DNA of 64,000 bases from contig CAZJVP010000020.1 in NCBI GenBank assembly GCA_964549615.1, positions 218,305 through 282,304 on the forward strand, written 5' to 3'. The notes under the pieces are model-generated. The model was not told where the DNA came from and made no database searches. It saw only the letters and a program-made list of their open reading frames with translations. This document shows, one piece after another, positions 30,502 through 42,750 of the stretch (its first letter is position 1; the number at the start of each line of letters is the position of its first letter). The translations under genes and the position numbers were made by a program. The DNA comes from an uncultured Thermococci archaeon. GTDB lineage: Archaea > CAYQAE01 > CAYVLA01.

Positions 30502-31080
30502 CTACAGGATCTTCAGAAGTCTCAGCCCGAATATTATTGAGAACTCGGAGAAACCCCAGGCCCCGATGGTCTCGGGTATGGCCGCCCCCAAATGCGGGAT
30601 CTTCCCGACGAGCGTCGCGGAGACCAGCCCCAGCGAAATAACGGCGAGAAGAAGGACCCCCCATGGACGCGTTGGCTGCTTCAGAAGCTGGTCGAAAGCG
30701 ACTATCAGGATGCCGAAGGTGGAAAGCGTGAAGAATGCCATGGACACCGCGTTGTGGGGAGATGTTCCCCCCGGGAAGACCCCGACGAGAATCAGGCTAA
30801 AGAACCCCGCAACGAAGACGAGAATGCCAATGATCCCTATCTTTCCGTTGACCAGCCGTGGCACCCCGAAGGAGAACAGTATCCCCATCGACCCTGTCAG
30901 CACCATGCCGACGTTGTAAACGATGTGATGCGGGGTCTTCAGGGCCCCAAGGTAGCTCAATGCATAGTCGGGGAAGTTGAACTCCGGGTGCATCATGATC
31001 GCGGCGCCGATGAAGATGAGCGCCACTACAGGCGCCAGGATTCCGCAAAGGCCGAAGAGCTTGATCCAGATCTCCTGCAA
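30502..31080 (-). CDS. DUF998 family membrane protein
   Basis: ALSYLGA, LVGVFP, PHNAVSMAFF, AIPE; about 6 TM. Confidence 0.8.
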   Translation of the reverse strand: MQEIWIKLFGLCGILAPVVALIFIGAAIMMHPEFNFPDYALSYLGALKTPHHIVYNVGMVLTGSMGILFSFGVPRLVNGKIGIIGILVFVAGFFSLILVGVFPGGTSPHNAVSMAFFTLSTFGILIVAFDQLLKQPTRPWGVLLLAVISLGLVSATLVGKIPHLGAAIPETIGAWGFSEFSIIFGLRLLKIL

Positions 31081-31270
31081 CCGCTATCTCCTCCCCTTCA
31101 CGGCAGCGTTCCCTGTGGATAAAGGCTTCGTCGCCCGAGTTAGCCTTGATGGTCCGTCGTTCTCCAGCACACATAAGACCATTTCGAGCTGGGGGGCTGG
31201 GGTTAAGGGCTGCCTTTGTTCTGAAGGTGGAGAGGAAAGACATTTTCCCCACCCGGGCCAACGAGCAACG

Positions 31271-32392
31271 ATGCCCATGAAGATAACCGATCTGGAACTA
31301 ACGCACGTCATGCCACGATGGCTCTTTCTGAAGATACACACCGACGGGGGCGTAACCGGTTACGGCGAGCCGATCCTGGAGGGAAAGGCCCGCAGCGTCG
31401 AGGCCGCCGTCAAGGAGTTCTTCCCGTATCTGAAGGGAAAGGATCCGACAAGGATCGAGCACCATTGGCAGGCGATGTATCGCTGGAGCTTTTACAGGGG
31501 CGGCCCCATCATCATGAGCGCCATAAGCGGGATTGAGCAGGCGCTTTGGGACATCCTTGGAAAACACCTGGACCAACCAGTGTACAATTTGCTGGGCGGG
31601 CCCGTCAGGGACAGGATCAAGGTCTATGCCGGGATCGGGGGCGACAGCCCCGAAGCCTGCGCCGAGAACGCCCTGAGCCGGATACGAGATGGCTATCAAG
31701 GACTCAAGATGGCCCCGTTCGAGGCAACGAGGATCGTCGATACACCGCACGCCGTTAAGGCTGCGGCCGAGAAGGTGAGAGCCGTACGGGAAGCAGTTGG
31801 AGACGCTGTGGACATCGGCATCGACTGCCACGGCAGGCTCAGCCCGGCAATGGCCAGGATGGCCGCAAAGGCCCTTGAGCCCTACTCACCCATGTTCCTT
31901 GAGGAGCCCTGCCTGCCCGAGAACGTTAAGGCGATGGCCGGCATAGCGCGCTCAACCTCCATACCCATCGCGACGGGCGAGAGACTGTACACTAGATGGG
32001 GGTTCAGGGAGGTCCTCGAGAGGCAGGCCGCCTCGATACTTCAGCCCGACCTATCCCACGCCGGCGGGATACTGGAGTGCCGCGAGATCGCGTCGATGGC
32101 AGAGGTCTACTACGCGGGCATTGCTCCCCACTGCCCCCTCGGGCCGATCGCTTTGGCCGCATCGCTGCAGCTTGACGCCTGCACGCCCAACTTCCTGATA
32201 CAGGAAATCGGATCGTTGGGCGACGGGTACTTGGTAGAGCCCTTCAAGGTGACGGAGGGCTACATCGACGTGCCGAAAGGACCGGGGCTGGGGATCGAGC
32301 TTGATGAGAGTGCCGTCAAGGGCAAGGTCTATCCGGGGGACTGGCAGAACCCGCGGCTGATCCACGAAGACGGGTCGGTTGCCGACTGGTGA
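31271..32392 (+). CDS. dgoD: Galactonate dehydratase (enolase superfamily)
   Basis: PRWLFLKI, FYRGGP, DCHGR, EEP, ATGERL, QPDLSHAGGI, APHCPLGPI, DGSVADW. Confidence 0.9.
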   Translation: MPMKITDLELTHVMPRWLFLKIHTDGGVTGYGEPILEGKARSVEAAVKEFFPYLKGKDPTRIEHHWQAMYRWSFYRGGPIIMSAISGIEQALWDILGKHLDQPVYNLLGGPVRDRIKVYAGIGGDSPEACAENALSRIRDGYQGLKMAPFEATRIVDTPHAVKAAAEKVRAVREAVGDAVDIGIDCHGRLSPAMARMAAKALEPYSPMFLEEPCLPENVKAMAGIARSTSIPIATGERLYTRWGFREVLERQAASILQPDLSHAGGILECREIASMAEVYYAGIAPHCPLGPIALAASLQLDACTPNFLIQEIGSLGDGYLVEPFKVTEGYIDVPKGPGLGIELDESAVKGKVYPGDWQNPRLIHEDGSVADW

Positions 32393-32503
32393 TCGGGCGA
32401 TGCTGGTTCCGCGTCAACGACCTTCTTGCCAGCGTCCGGCGTCGGGGCCTCGGCGGGCAAGAGTGACTGGCGAGCCATGCAAACAAGGAAAAAGGATGAG
32501 AAG

Positions 32504-33619
32504 ATGTTGTATCGCGAATACGGAAAGACGCGCATAAGGCTGTCGGCACTGGGCTTCGGGTGCATGCGTTTCCCGATGCGCGGGGGCAACGTCAACAGGG
32601 AACAGACAAGGAGGGTGCTCCACCGCGCCATCGACCTTGGGGTCAACTTCTTCGACACGGCCGTCATGTACTGCAACGGCCAGAGCGAGGAGGCCCTTGG
32701 GGAAGCGATCAAGGACAGGCGAGATGAACTGTACCTATCGACCAAGAACCCCTATAAGGGGGACGACCCGACGCAGTGGCGCAAGTGCCTGGACCAATCG
32801 CTGAAACGGCTCGCCGTCGACCACATCGACTTCTACCATTTCCACGATCTCAAGCTCCAAGAGTACGAACGACACCTTCTGCCGCACGGGTCGATTGACG
32901 AGGCGATCAAGGCCAAGGAAGAGGGGCTGATCGACCACATCTGTTTCTCCTCGCACGACGAGCCGATGAACATAATGCGCCTGATCGACACCGGCCTCTT
33001 CGAGGGAATCCTCGTCCAGTACAACTTCCTTGATCGACACAACGAGGAAGCGATTGCGCACGCCCACGAAAAAGGCCTTGGAGTTACGATAATGGGGACC
33101 GTCGGCGGGGGCAGGCTGGTACCCCTGGGAGAAAGGGCGAGGCCGGAGAAGAGCCGACAGACGATCCCGGATCTGGCGATACGTTTCGTCCTCTCAAATC
33201 CAGCCGTCACCGTCGCGCTGTCCGGGATGGGAACGACGAGGATGGTTGAGGAGAACGTTGCCTCAGCAAGCAGGCCCGAGCCCCTCAGCCCGGAGGAGAA
33301 CGGCCGAATACTTGAGCTAGCCAGCCAGACCAAACCGCTTCGAGGCCTGTATTGCACTGGCTGCAACTACTGTATGCCCTGTCCCTCCGGCGTCGACATT
33401 CCGGCCAACTTCTCCGCTTACAACCTGGCAAGGGTCTGGGGTCTCAAGGAGATGGCCAAAGCTAGGTACAGGGCGCTCGGCAGGAGAAGGAGGGATGGCA
33501 AACCCGCGCCGGCTTGGGCCGAGGCCTGCATAGAGTGCGGCACCTGCGAGGGGAAGTGTCCCCAGGATCTGCCCATCGCCGAGAAGCTGAAGCAGGTGAC
33601 AGCCGATCTGTCCAGCTGA
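32504..33619 (+). CDS. Aldo/keto reductase with C-terminal 4Fe-4S dicluster
   Basis: LGFGCMRFP, FDTAVMY, CTGCNYCMPCP, CIECGTCEGKCP. Confidence 0.92.
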   Translation: MLYREYGKTRIRLSALGFGCMRFPMRGGNVNREQTRRVLHRAIDLGVNFFDTAVMYCNGQSEEALGEAIKDRRDELYLSTKNPYKGDDPTQWRKCLDQSLKRLAVDHIDFYHFHDLKLQEYERHLLPHGSIDEAIKAKEEGLIDHICFSSHDEPMNIMRLIDTGLFEGILVQYNFLDRHNEEAIAHAHEKGLGVTIMGTVGGGRLVPLGERARPEKSRQTIPDLAIRFVLSNPAVTVALSGMGTTRMVEENVASASRPEPLSPEENGRILELASQTKPLRGLYCTGCNYCMPCPSGVDIPANFSAYNLARVWGLKEMAKARYRALGRRRRDGKPAPAWAEACIECGTCEGKCPQDLPIAEKLKQVTADLSS

Positions 33620-33794
33620 CGGACCAGCCTCCCCGGAGCCGTCTCAAAATCCAGTGGCGAACAGAAGATCGGGATGCTCAAGACCGGCGCCGCGAGGCTC
33701 TGACGGGCGGCAATATATTTGAGGCCGTTGGATCGATGGTGGCAGGCATCTCGTTGCCCAGCAGCCCAGTGCGGTGTAGATCGGTGAGGCCTCT

Positions 33795-34580
33795 TTGGAG
33801 ATCATCGTCTGCGTGAAACAGGTTCCTGAGACGACCGAGGTCCAGATAGACCCGGTCAAGGGCACCCTGATCCGCGAGGGGGTGGCTGCGACCATCAACC
33901 CCTTCGACCTGTACGCCGTAGAGGAAGCCCTCAGGCTCAAGGAGAGATACGGCGGGTCAGTCACTGCCATAAGCATGGGACCCCCGCAGGCCCAGTCGGC
34001 ACTCAGGGATGTGATCGCCCTTGGGTGCGACAGGGCTGTGCTCCTTTCCGATCCGCTCTTTGCGGGCTCGGACACCCTTGCAACATCATATGCACTGGCC
34101 TGCGGCATAAGGAAGATGGGATCCTACGACCTCATCATCTGCGGGCTGAAGACCACCGACGGAGACACAGGGCAGGTCGGTCCTGGTTTGGCAGAGGAGC
34201 TCGGGATCCCTAGCGTGTGCTACGTTCGTCGGATCGTGGAGCTCGGTGACGGTTACATGGTTGTCGAAAGGACCTTGGACGATTTGTACGAGACGGTTCA
34301 CACACCGATTCCCTGCCTCATCACCGTGACGAAGGAGATAAACAACCCGCGCCTTGCATCCCTCAAGGGCAAGCTGGCAGCCAGGAAGGCCGAGATACCA
34401 ACCTGGAAGCCCCAGGACATCGGGGCCGACCCGAAGAGGCTGGGATCCGCCGGATCGCCAACATGGGTCGTCAAGGTCTTCCACCCCTCCACCCGGAGGG
34501 CGACCGAGATGCTGGAGGGCGGACCGCAATCGCAGGCCGAGCAGTTGATTGCGAAGCTTAGGCAGCGCCATGTGCTGTAG
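33795..34580 (+). CDS. etfB: Electron transfer flavoprotein beta subunit
   Basis: CVKQVP, INPFD, GSDTLAT, DGDTGQVGP, GSPT. Confidence 0.95.
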   Translation: MEIIVCVKQVPETTEVQIDPVKGTLIREGVAATINPFDLYAVEEALRLKERYGGSVTAISMGPPQAQSALRDVIALGCDRAVLLSDPLFAGSDTLATSYALACGIRKMGSYDLIICGLKTTDGDTGQVGPGLAEELGIPSVCYVRRIVELGDGYMVVERTLDDLYETVHTPIPCLITVTKEINNPRLASLKGKLAARKAEIPTWKPQDIGADPKRLGSAGSPTWVVKVFHPSTRRATEMLEGGPQSQAEQLIAKLRQRHVL

Positions 34581-34587
34581 AAGGACG

Positions 34588-35781
<1,194 letters not shown>

Positions 35782-35785
35782 TCAG

Positions 35786-37186
35786 TTGGTGGAGTACTCA
35801 AAAGTCACCGAGGAGATCTTGGAGGAGCTCCGTCACATCGTGGGTGCACCGAACGTTGCCACGGACGCCGACAGCCTCCGCAAGTACTCGCACGACGAAA
35901 CCCCGCTGACATCCGGATCGCCGCCGGAGGTTGTCGTGAAGCCCGGCAGCACGCAAGAGGTCGCCGGCATCCTGGCTCTGGCTAACGGCCGCAACATCCC
36001 CGTCACATTCAGGGGCCAGGGCACGGGGCTTTCCTGCGGGGCGGTCCCGCTCTTCGGCGGAATCGTGGTGAGCTTCGAGCGGATGAACAAGATCCTGGAA
36101 ATCGACGAAGAGAACTTGATGGCGGTCCTGGAGGCGGGCGTGGTGCTGCTTGACTTCCGCCAGGAGGTGGAGAAGAGAGGACTCTTCTACCCCGCAGATC
36201 CCGGCGAGAGGACCTCATCCATAGGGGGCAATGTCGCGACGAACGCGGGGGGAATGAACGGAGTGAGGTACGGCAAGACCAGGGACTACGTCCTGGGCCT
36301 TGAGGTCGTGCTGCCCTCCGGCCGCATCATGATGCTCGGGGGCAAGACGGTGAAAAGGTCCATGGGCTACGAACTGATGCACCTCATCATCGGCTCGGAG
36401 GGCACGCTCGCGGCGGTCACGAAGGTAATCGTGAAGCTGATCAAGCTGCCCAAGATCTTCATGACCCTCTACGTCCCGTTCAACGACCTTCAAAGCGCGG
36501 TCACGTCCGTCTGCGAGATCCTGCGAAGCCGGATCACCCCGACCGCAGTGGAGTTCGTAGAGCGGGATGCCATACTCCTGGCAGAACAGTACCTTGAGAA
36601 GACTATGCCCCATCACGACTCCGATGCCTACCTCATCATGAGGATAGAGGGGGACAAGGAGGACGACCTTTACGCAGAGGCCGAGGCAATCTCCAACATC
36701 TGTACCAAGAACAACGCCGTCGATGTTCTTGTGGCTGATACTCCCGACAGCCAGGCCAAGATCTGGGACATCAGGAGCCAGTTCTACGAGGCCGTCGTGA
36801 AGGCCCGTGTGGCTGAGCTGGTGGACGCGGCCGTCCCGCCCGCCAGGATCGCCCAGTTCATGAGGGCCGTGAAGGAGATCTCGAAGAAGCGCGGAATGAG
36901 GATCATCGGCTACGGCCACGCGGGCGACGGGAACATACACCTCCATCCTCTGAAGGACGATCTCAGCCAAGAGCGATGGCAGCAGCTGCTTCCAGAGGTG
37001 ATGAGGGACATCTACCGCACCGCGGTCAGCTTCGGAGGAACCGTCTCTGGCGAGCACGGCATAGGATCGGCCAAGAAACCCTACATGTCGATCGCCGTAG
37101 GTGAGACCCAGATGACGCTGATGAGGGAGATCAAGAGGCTCTTCGACCCCAACAACATACTCAACCCTGGCAAGATCTTCGATTAG
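35786..37186 (+). CDS. FAD-linked 2-hydroxyacid dehydrogenase (GlcD/LctD family)
   Basis: GGNVATNAGG, GSEGTL, GHAGDGNIH, SGEHGIG, FDPNNILNPGKI. Confidence 0.93.
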   Translation: MVEYSKVTEEILEELRHIVGAPNVATDADSLRKYSHDETPLTSGSPPEVVVKPGSTQEVAGILALANGRNIPVTFRGQGTGLSCGAVPLFGGIVVSFERMNKILEIDEENLMAVLEAGVVLLDFRQEVEKRGLFYPADPGERTSSIGGNVATNAGGMNGVRYGKTRDYVLGLEVVLPSGRIMMLGGKTVKRSMGYELMHLIIGSEGTLAAVTKVIVKLIKLPKIFMTLYVPFNDLQSAVTSVCEILRSRITPTAVEFVERDAILLAEQYLEKTMPHHDSDAYLIMRIEGDKEDDLYAEAEAISNICTKNNAVDVLVADTPDSQAKIWDIRSQFYEAVVKARVAELVDAAVPPARIAQFMRAVKEISKKRGMRIIGYGHAGDGNIHLHPLKDDLSQERWQQLLPEVMRDIYRTAVSFGGTVSGEHGIGSAKKPYMSIAVGETQMTLMREIKRLFDPNNILNPGKIFD

Positions 37187-37272
37187 CCCGACCGGCTGCT
37201 CGTCCTACGCCTGGAACAAAGTAATGTCGTGAACCCGAGCTACCCTGCCACGAGAAGCAGCTGGGATAGGCT

Positions 37273-38361
37273 ATGGTTGACGAGCTAGATGTTCGGAGTT
37301 TCGGGGCAACTGGCGACGCCACCACGGACGATACGGCAGCAGGCGCTGGATCAGGCCGGAAGCAGGGGCGGCGCCGTGGAGAAGGCGGCAGGTCGCTACT
37401 TGGTGGGAGGAAGCTTGAGTATACCGTCCGGCGTCGCTTTAGTGGGCGTCGCGCGCGCGGCTCTGCATCGAGCCGCTCATTGGCACCCTCGTGTGCGCGA
37501 CGGGCGGCCACGACGACGAGCAGGCACCAGCCCTCTTCGAGATCAACGACTCATCCACCGTGCAGGGCTTGACGGTATTCTATCCTGATCAGAGGCCCGA
37601 TGACATCCACGCCTACCCGGCATCCGGAGCGTGTACGGGTGCGTGCTGCGTCGCGGCATCATGGTGGACGCGACGACGGACATAGGCAGAATCAAGAACG
37701 TTCAATGGCACTGCCACTGGTGCTCATCGCCCAAGGTGGGCGGGGACTGGGAGAACGCAAGGCCTTACATGACGGAGAACTGCGAGGCTTTCATCTTCGG
37801 CCGGACCGACTGGGAATACGTCACGAACACCTTCGTGTATCCGTGCAAGCTCGGCTACCGGTTGATCCAGACCAAGAACGGCGCCATGAACGGGCAGCTG
37901 TGCGGGATCGGCGCGGACGAAGAGCAAAGATGCATGGTGGTGGAAGGCATACAGCCCATGGGGCTCCTGATCGCAAACGGCCAGTTCGTGGCGTTCAAGA
38001 AAAGTGACCCCATCGCGGTCGTGTTGAACCCGATATGCACGGGCTCCGCCAGGCTGGTGAAGTGCTCCATCTGGAGACCGTCTGTGCAGAACGTCGTTTC
38101 CCAGATACCTCTCGCTTAATGTGACTGCTACTTTAGCAGCGGCAGGCGGAACCACCCGGCCAAGGCACTCGTGGAGTCAGACGACGGCAGGATCCAGATC
38201 CGGGGCTGTAGCTTCGTAACGGGCGAGCCCTCGATTCACTTGAAGGAGGGAGTGAAGCACGCCATCGTCACCGAAAACAACGGCGCCTACGGGGTTAGGA
38301 TAATCAACGATATCGGCCGCGGGCCGTCATTGCAAACAACGAACAGCCCCAGATCGCATGA
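37273..38361 (+). pseudogene. Fragmented pectin-lyase-fold (GH28/GH55-like beta-helix) gene
   Basis: DVRSFGATGDATTDDT, QQALD, GRYLV.GSL, FYPDQ, FGRTDWEY pieces spread over about six frame switches. Confidence 0.8.
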
Positions 38362-38482
38362 GGAATCAGGCGGTGTTGGAGGGTTTCCCGGGAACCTTGG
38401 TTCAACTCCAGCATCCGTTCGCCGCGGGGATATCTGCAATCTCCTGCCCGAAAAAGTCTAAAGTCAAGAAGTCCGGCAATGG

Positions 38483-40096
38483 GTGGTGGCCCAGTTGCCG
38501 AAGTTGGTCTGTTGGCCAGTCGATGCTCTGGAGAAGATCTTCCGGGAGGACGAACCCGGAAGCGAAGGGAAGGTCATCATCGAGTCGGCCCGGAACGAAT
38601 TCGAGAGCGGGCAGATCGCCGTCCGGTGCCAAGAAGCAGTTGAGCTGCGGCTCGCCTGCGGCCCTCTCGAGCACGCGGAGACGGGCGAGAGGCTCCAATG
38701 CATGCCAAGGTTCGTCGGATACGTGAAGGTCAGAGAGAACGTGAGGAAGACTCCCCCCGAAGAGATCATCCACTCCGCTCCGGCCGAGTTCCCGGACTAC
38801 TTGATGCATGACAGTCGGCTCAAGATCCGGGCGGGCCAGACTCAGCCGATATGGCTGACCGTCTTCGTCCCGGCATCTGCCTCGCCCGGGACCTATGAGG
38901 GCACGATCGTGGTCAGAGCCGATGGTGCCCAGGAGAGCGTCGGGATCCAGCTCACCGTCCACGAGGCTACAGTCCCGGCAGAAAGGTCGTTGTACCTCAC
39001 CAACTGGATGAACCCGGCTAACTTGGCGAAATTCGGTGGGGTTGAGCCTTGGAGCGAGGAGCACTGGAGGATCTTGGCCTCGCACGCAGCATCGATGGCA
39101 GCCCACCGACAGAACGTCATCCTGACCCCGCTCAGCCTCATCAGCATTCACCGCGCGGGCGGATCCCTCAGCTTCGATTTCACAAGATTCGATCGTTGGG
39201 TGAGGCTCTTTAGGGAGTCCGGCGTGGACGGGCTGATCGAGGGCGACCACCTAGCCGGAAGGTCCGGCGATTGGAGGTCGGGCTTCAGCCTGGTGGGCAG
39301 GGAAGCGACCGAGAATGGAACAAGAACCATCCTTCCGCCGGTCCCGGTGGAGTCCAAGGAGTGCGACGCCTTCCTGTCGCAGTTCCTTCCAGCGCTCCAA
39401 GAACACCTGGAGGAGCAGGGGTGGATCGACAACTACGTCCAACACTTGGCCGACGAGCCAATAGACGCAAATGCGGAAAGCTATAGGCACCTCGCCGATC
39501 TGGTGAAGAAGTACGCTCCCCGTCTGCGCAGGATAGATGCCACCATGACGGTGAACGTGAAGGGATGCCTGGAGATCTGGGTGCCCGTGTTGGACCAGTT
39601 TGACCGGAACATGGCATTCTACCGGGATAGAATTGCAGCGGGAGACCAGGTCTGGTTCTACACCTGCCTCGGGCCCGCCGGCAAGTATCCGAACCGCTTC
39701 ATAGACTTCTCGCTGCTCAAGGTCAGATTGCTGCACTGGCTGAACTTCAAGTACGGACTCTCAGGCTACCTTCACTGGGGATACAATCACTGGACGGAGG
39801 ACCCCTTCAACGATACCCAGCCCATGTGGAGCCACGGGGCCCCCCTTCCCGCGGGAGACATGTGCATAGTTTACCCGGGCCCCAAGGGCCCCCTGGAGTC
39901 GCTGCGGTATGAGGCGATGAGGGATGGCGTCGAGGACTACGAACTACTGAGGACGCTTTCAAGGCGCAAGCCCAAGGCGGCATCCAAGCTCTGCGACGAA
40001 CTCGTGCGCTCGCCGACCGACTACGAAAGGAGAATAGGGGAATTCAGGGATCTGCGGAGAAGGCTGCTAAGGATGCTCGATCATGGGGCCGGGTGA
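38483..40096 (+). CDS. DUF4091 / GH123-like glycoside hydrolase
   Basis: ARNEFES, LADEP, WFYTC, GYLHWGYN, SLRYEAMRDGVEDYE. Confidence 0.85.
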   Translation: MVAQLPKLVCWPVDALEKIFREDEPGSEGKVIIESARNEFESGQIAVRCQEAVELRLACGPLEHAETGERLQCMPRFVGYVKVRENVRKTPPEEIIHSAPAEFPDYLMHDSRLKIRAGQTQPIWLTVFVPASASPGTYEGTIVVRADGAQESVGIQLTVHEATVPAERSLYLTNWMNPANLAKFGGVEPWSEEHWRILASHAASMAAHRQNVILTPLSLISIHRAGGSLSFDFTRFDRWVRLFRESGVDGLIEGDHLAGRSGDWRSGFSLVGREATENGTRTILPPVPVESKECDAFLSQFLPALQEHLEEQGWIDNYVQHLADEPIDANAESYRHLADLVKKYAPRLRRIDATMTVNVKGCLEIWVPVLDQFDRNMAFYRDRIAAGDQVWFYTCLGPAGKYPNRFIDFSLLKVRLLHWLNFKYGLSGYLHWGYNHWTEDPFNDTQPMWSHGAPLPAGDMCIVYPGPKGPLESLRYEAMRDGVEDYELLRTLSRRKPKAASKLCDELVRSPTDYERRIGEFRDLRRRLLRMLDHGAG

Positions 40097-40174
40097 AGCT
40101 CGCGCAAGGTCCCACCAACTGCACCCTAATGGTCGGGACGCGATCCACTTCTCCTTCCCTCCCAGGACTCAATT

Positions 40175-40573
40175 CTATGGCGAGCGGAACCCGCAATCGA
40201 TGCCGCAACGCCCGTCCGCGAGCGGCCCTCTTACGATGCCCAAGGCCTTTTGGCCTCTCTCCGTCAGCGTGTAGATCAGCCATCTGCCTTTCTGCTCCGC
40301 ATCGATCAGGCCGGCTCCCTGCAGTACTGACAAATGGTACGAGAGCTTCGAGTCGGCCACGCCTACGATATTCGTCAAGACACACGGGCACAGCGGCTGC
40401 GCGCTGAGGAGCAGGAGCACCTTCAGCCTAATCGGCTCGGAAAGTACCTGAAACGTCCCAGCCCACTGCGAAAGTGTGTCGGCGTCCGGTAAGACAGCGG
40501 CGAGAGCCTTCATCCCGCCTCTTTTCTCGATCTGCCTCCGTATCGGCTCAGGTATATCCAACGCGCTACCCAT
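40175..40573 (-). CDS. ArsR/SmtB transcriptional regulator
   Basis: LSEPIRLK, LCPC, KLSYHL, GRWLIY; start moved to ATG 40573. Confidence 0.88.
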   Translation of the reverse strand: MGSALDIPEPIRRQIEKRGGMKALAAVLPDADTLSQWAGTFQVLSEPIRLKVLLLLSAQPLCPCVLTNIVGVADSKLSYHLSVLQGAGLIDAEQKGRWLIYTLTERGQKALGIVRGPLADGRCGIDCGFRSP

Positions 40574-40599
40574 CCACGGTCCCTGCAGCTCAAAACATA

Positions 40600-40617
40600 T
40601 TTCAAGATCGTTTGAAA
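40600..40617. promoter_or_regulatory. Palindromic operator candidate TTTCAA-N6-TTGAAA
   Basis: Perfect 6-bp inverted repeat between divergent arsR and 40652 ORF. Confidence 0.6.
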
Positions 40618-40651
40618 CGTTTCGCCCTTGGTTCGCGGTGATCGCTGAAAA

Positions 40652-41644
40652 ATGTCCTGCCGATTTCTGAAGAAGGTCGGAGAGCACGCGTACCGGACTG
40701 GACTGGTCACGGGGACAATGCTTCTTGCATGTGCCGTCGCGGGCTGCCTGTTCCAAGAGGGCAAGAGTGCGGACGATTCGGAACAGGGAAAGTGGGTCGT
40801 AGCAAGATTCGAGATCGTACTGGAACCCTTCGCCAATGAACCTGCCCAGACCGTGTCCTTCCTACCCCTGACCTTGAACGTGCTGAAGTGGGAGTCGGTC
40901 CTTTTTGCGGTGCAGGGCCAGGCAGCGAAACCATTGGAGTACTACGGAGCTGTGGGCATCGGGCCCGTGGGCAAGGATGCGGAGATGGTGAAGCTGACGG
41001 AGCTGCTGCCTGCAGGGACAAACGCGACCTTCAAGGGCAACAAGCCAAAGATCAGTGTGGACGAGACCCATACGGTGTTGGAGTGGAGCTTTGCGAAGGT
41101 AGCGCAAGCCACGCCCGGGAGCTGTTCGTGCTCCGCGGTGCTCTTCCCCGAAGTCGTGCAGTATTCTCTTAGCAATCCGAACATCCAGGGGAGGAGGATG
41201 GAAGTCAGGTCGCGGACCAAACCGGACATCTGGTTCGGGGCAACAATCTCCGATATTCAAAAAGCCAGCATGGTCAGCGTGATCTTCTCTTTCAAGAAGA
41301 AGGACGCCCAAGGAAATAGGATTCTTGCCCTGCTCTCAGCTTCAAATGACTGGGAGACGAGAGAGGAGGGGGAGGAACTCCTCATCGGTGCATCCTTCGA
41401 TAGCCTTTCGGAGAGGAAGGTCTTGGAGTTCTCGTTAAACGTCTCGGCGAGGCCCGGACTCGATCTGATACCCTTGAACCAAGAAACATCAACCGGCAAG
41501 AAGGTCAGCTCGTGCGGAGTCATAGTGGAATCGTCCCGCAGCTTCTTCGGGAACCTAACCTACCAAGCTGAAGGATTTCGGACCGAGAGGCTCAGCTACA
41601 CAAGGGAGGCATATGCCTTCCCCGAGCTGGTGTTGGGAACTTGA
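40652..41644 (+). CDS. Hypothetical secreted protein/lipoprotein
   Basis: 330-aa ORF with hydrophobic stretch ending VAGC (lipobox-like); overlaps next gene; start uncertain. Confidence 0.6.
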   Translation: MSCRFLKKVGEHAYRTGLVTGTMLLACAVAGCLFQEGKSADDSEQGKWVVARFEIVLEPFANEPAQTVSFLPLTLNVLKWESVLFAVQGQAAKPLEYYGAVGIGPVGKDAEMVKLTELLPAGTNATFKGNKPKISVDETHTVLEWSFAKVAQATPGSCSCSAVLFPEVVQYSLSNPNIQGRRMEVRSRTKPDIWFGATISDIQKASMVSVIFSFKKKDAQGNRILALLSASNDWETREEGEELLIGASFDSLSERKVLEFSLNVSARPGLDLIPLNQETSTGKKVSSCGVIVESSRSFFGNLTYQAEGFRTERLSYTREAYAFPELVLGT

Positions 41645-42687
41645 GGAAAAGGGCACTGATTCTCCTTCTCATCTTCGGATTGCTCGTCCTGTTCGTGCAC
41701 GGACTCAAAGGAATGCAGCGCCAGTCCGAGAGCGGCGCCGAGGCCACGGAGCGGCGGATACTCTTCTTCCAGGGATCGGCACACTGCGACGAGTGCCAAC
41801 TCCAAGCTGACGAACTCGCAAAGCTCAAGGAGAGGATGCCCGAGCTGGAGATCCTGGAGTACGACCTGGACAAGGACAAGCTTGTGGCCAACAGGTACAA
41901 CGTTTGGATCGTTCCCACGCTTGTCGTGAACGGCAGGAAGTACGAAGGCCTAGTAAGTGCCGAACGCCTGGAATCGATCATGGAGGCCGACCCGGGCCAA
42001 GGGACGCAGGGGCAGGGGCAGTTTCTTGACGGCTTGCCGCTTGGCTTCTCCCTTGCTGCCGGGCTCCTGACCGGGCTTGAGCCCTGCGCGTTGGCTTTCT
42101 CGGGCATGGTGGTCCTTTTCATAATGGGATCAACAGCCGCCGATGCCGGGAGGCGGTTGGGAAGCGTCGTCGCGGCCTCCCTCTACACCGTCACTAGGGC
42201 TTCCGTCTTCGCCCTCTTCGGATTCGCCGTTGCGGCCCTAGGCGCTTCCGCGGGCGACCTCCGATTCGTCCTGCTCATCGCCGCATCTGCAACTGCCTTC
42301 CTCGTCGGCTGCTCCTACCTCGGTTTCATCCAACTTCCCCTGACCACCGTGGCGCCAAGCTCGAAAACGCTCGTCAGGCTTCAAAGAGGCCACCTCACGC
42401 CCATCCTTCTCGGCGTGGTTTTCGGCTTTGCGGTGCTCCCGTGCGCGACGCCCGTGATGGCGTCCCTGCTGGCGTTCGTGGCAGGGACTCGCCGGGTCGC
42501 CGTGGGGATGGGCTCGCTCTTCCTCTTCGGAGTCGGGCTCTCGACGCCCGTCATTGCCTTCGCCTTTCTTGGCAAGAGGTACTGGGAAAGATCGAGGTGG
42601 ATCCTCGAACAGGGAGGAAAGCTAAGCGTTGCCCTAGGGGCATCGCTGGTTGCCCTGTCCATTTACCTGCTGTACGCCGCCTTCTAG
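41641..42687 (+). CDS. Thioredoxin-like domain fused to CcdA/DsbD TM domain
   Basis: CDEC and IVPT in the N-domain; EPCA and LPCATP paired TM cysteines. Confidence 0.88.
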   Translation: MRKRALILLLIFGLLVLFVHGLKGMQRQSESGAEATERRILFFQGSAHCDECQLQADELAKLKERMPELEILEYDLDKDKLVANRYNVWIVPTLVVNGRKYEGLVSAERLESIMEADPGQGTQGQGQFLDGLPLGFSLAAGLLTGLEPCALAFSGMVVLFIMGSTAADAGRRLGSVVAASLYTVTRASVFALFGFAVAALGASAGDLRFVLLIAASATAFLVGCSYLGFIQLPLTTVAPSSKTLVRLQRGHLTPILLGVVFGFAVLPCATPVMASLLAFVAGTRRVAVGMGSLFLFGVGLSTPVIAFAFLGKRYWERSRWILEQGGKLSVALGASLVALSIYLLYAAF

Positions 42688-42750
42688 GGCGACGATCCAA
42701 GGCCGCTGGCCTCAGCCGGATTCGCTTCGCCGGGGTCCGGAAGGCCACAA

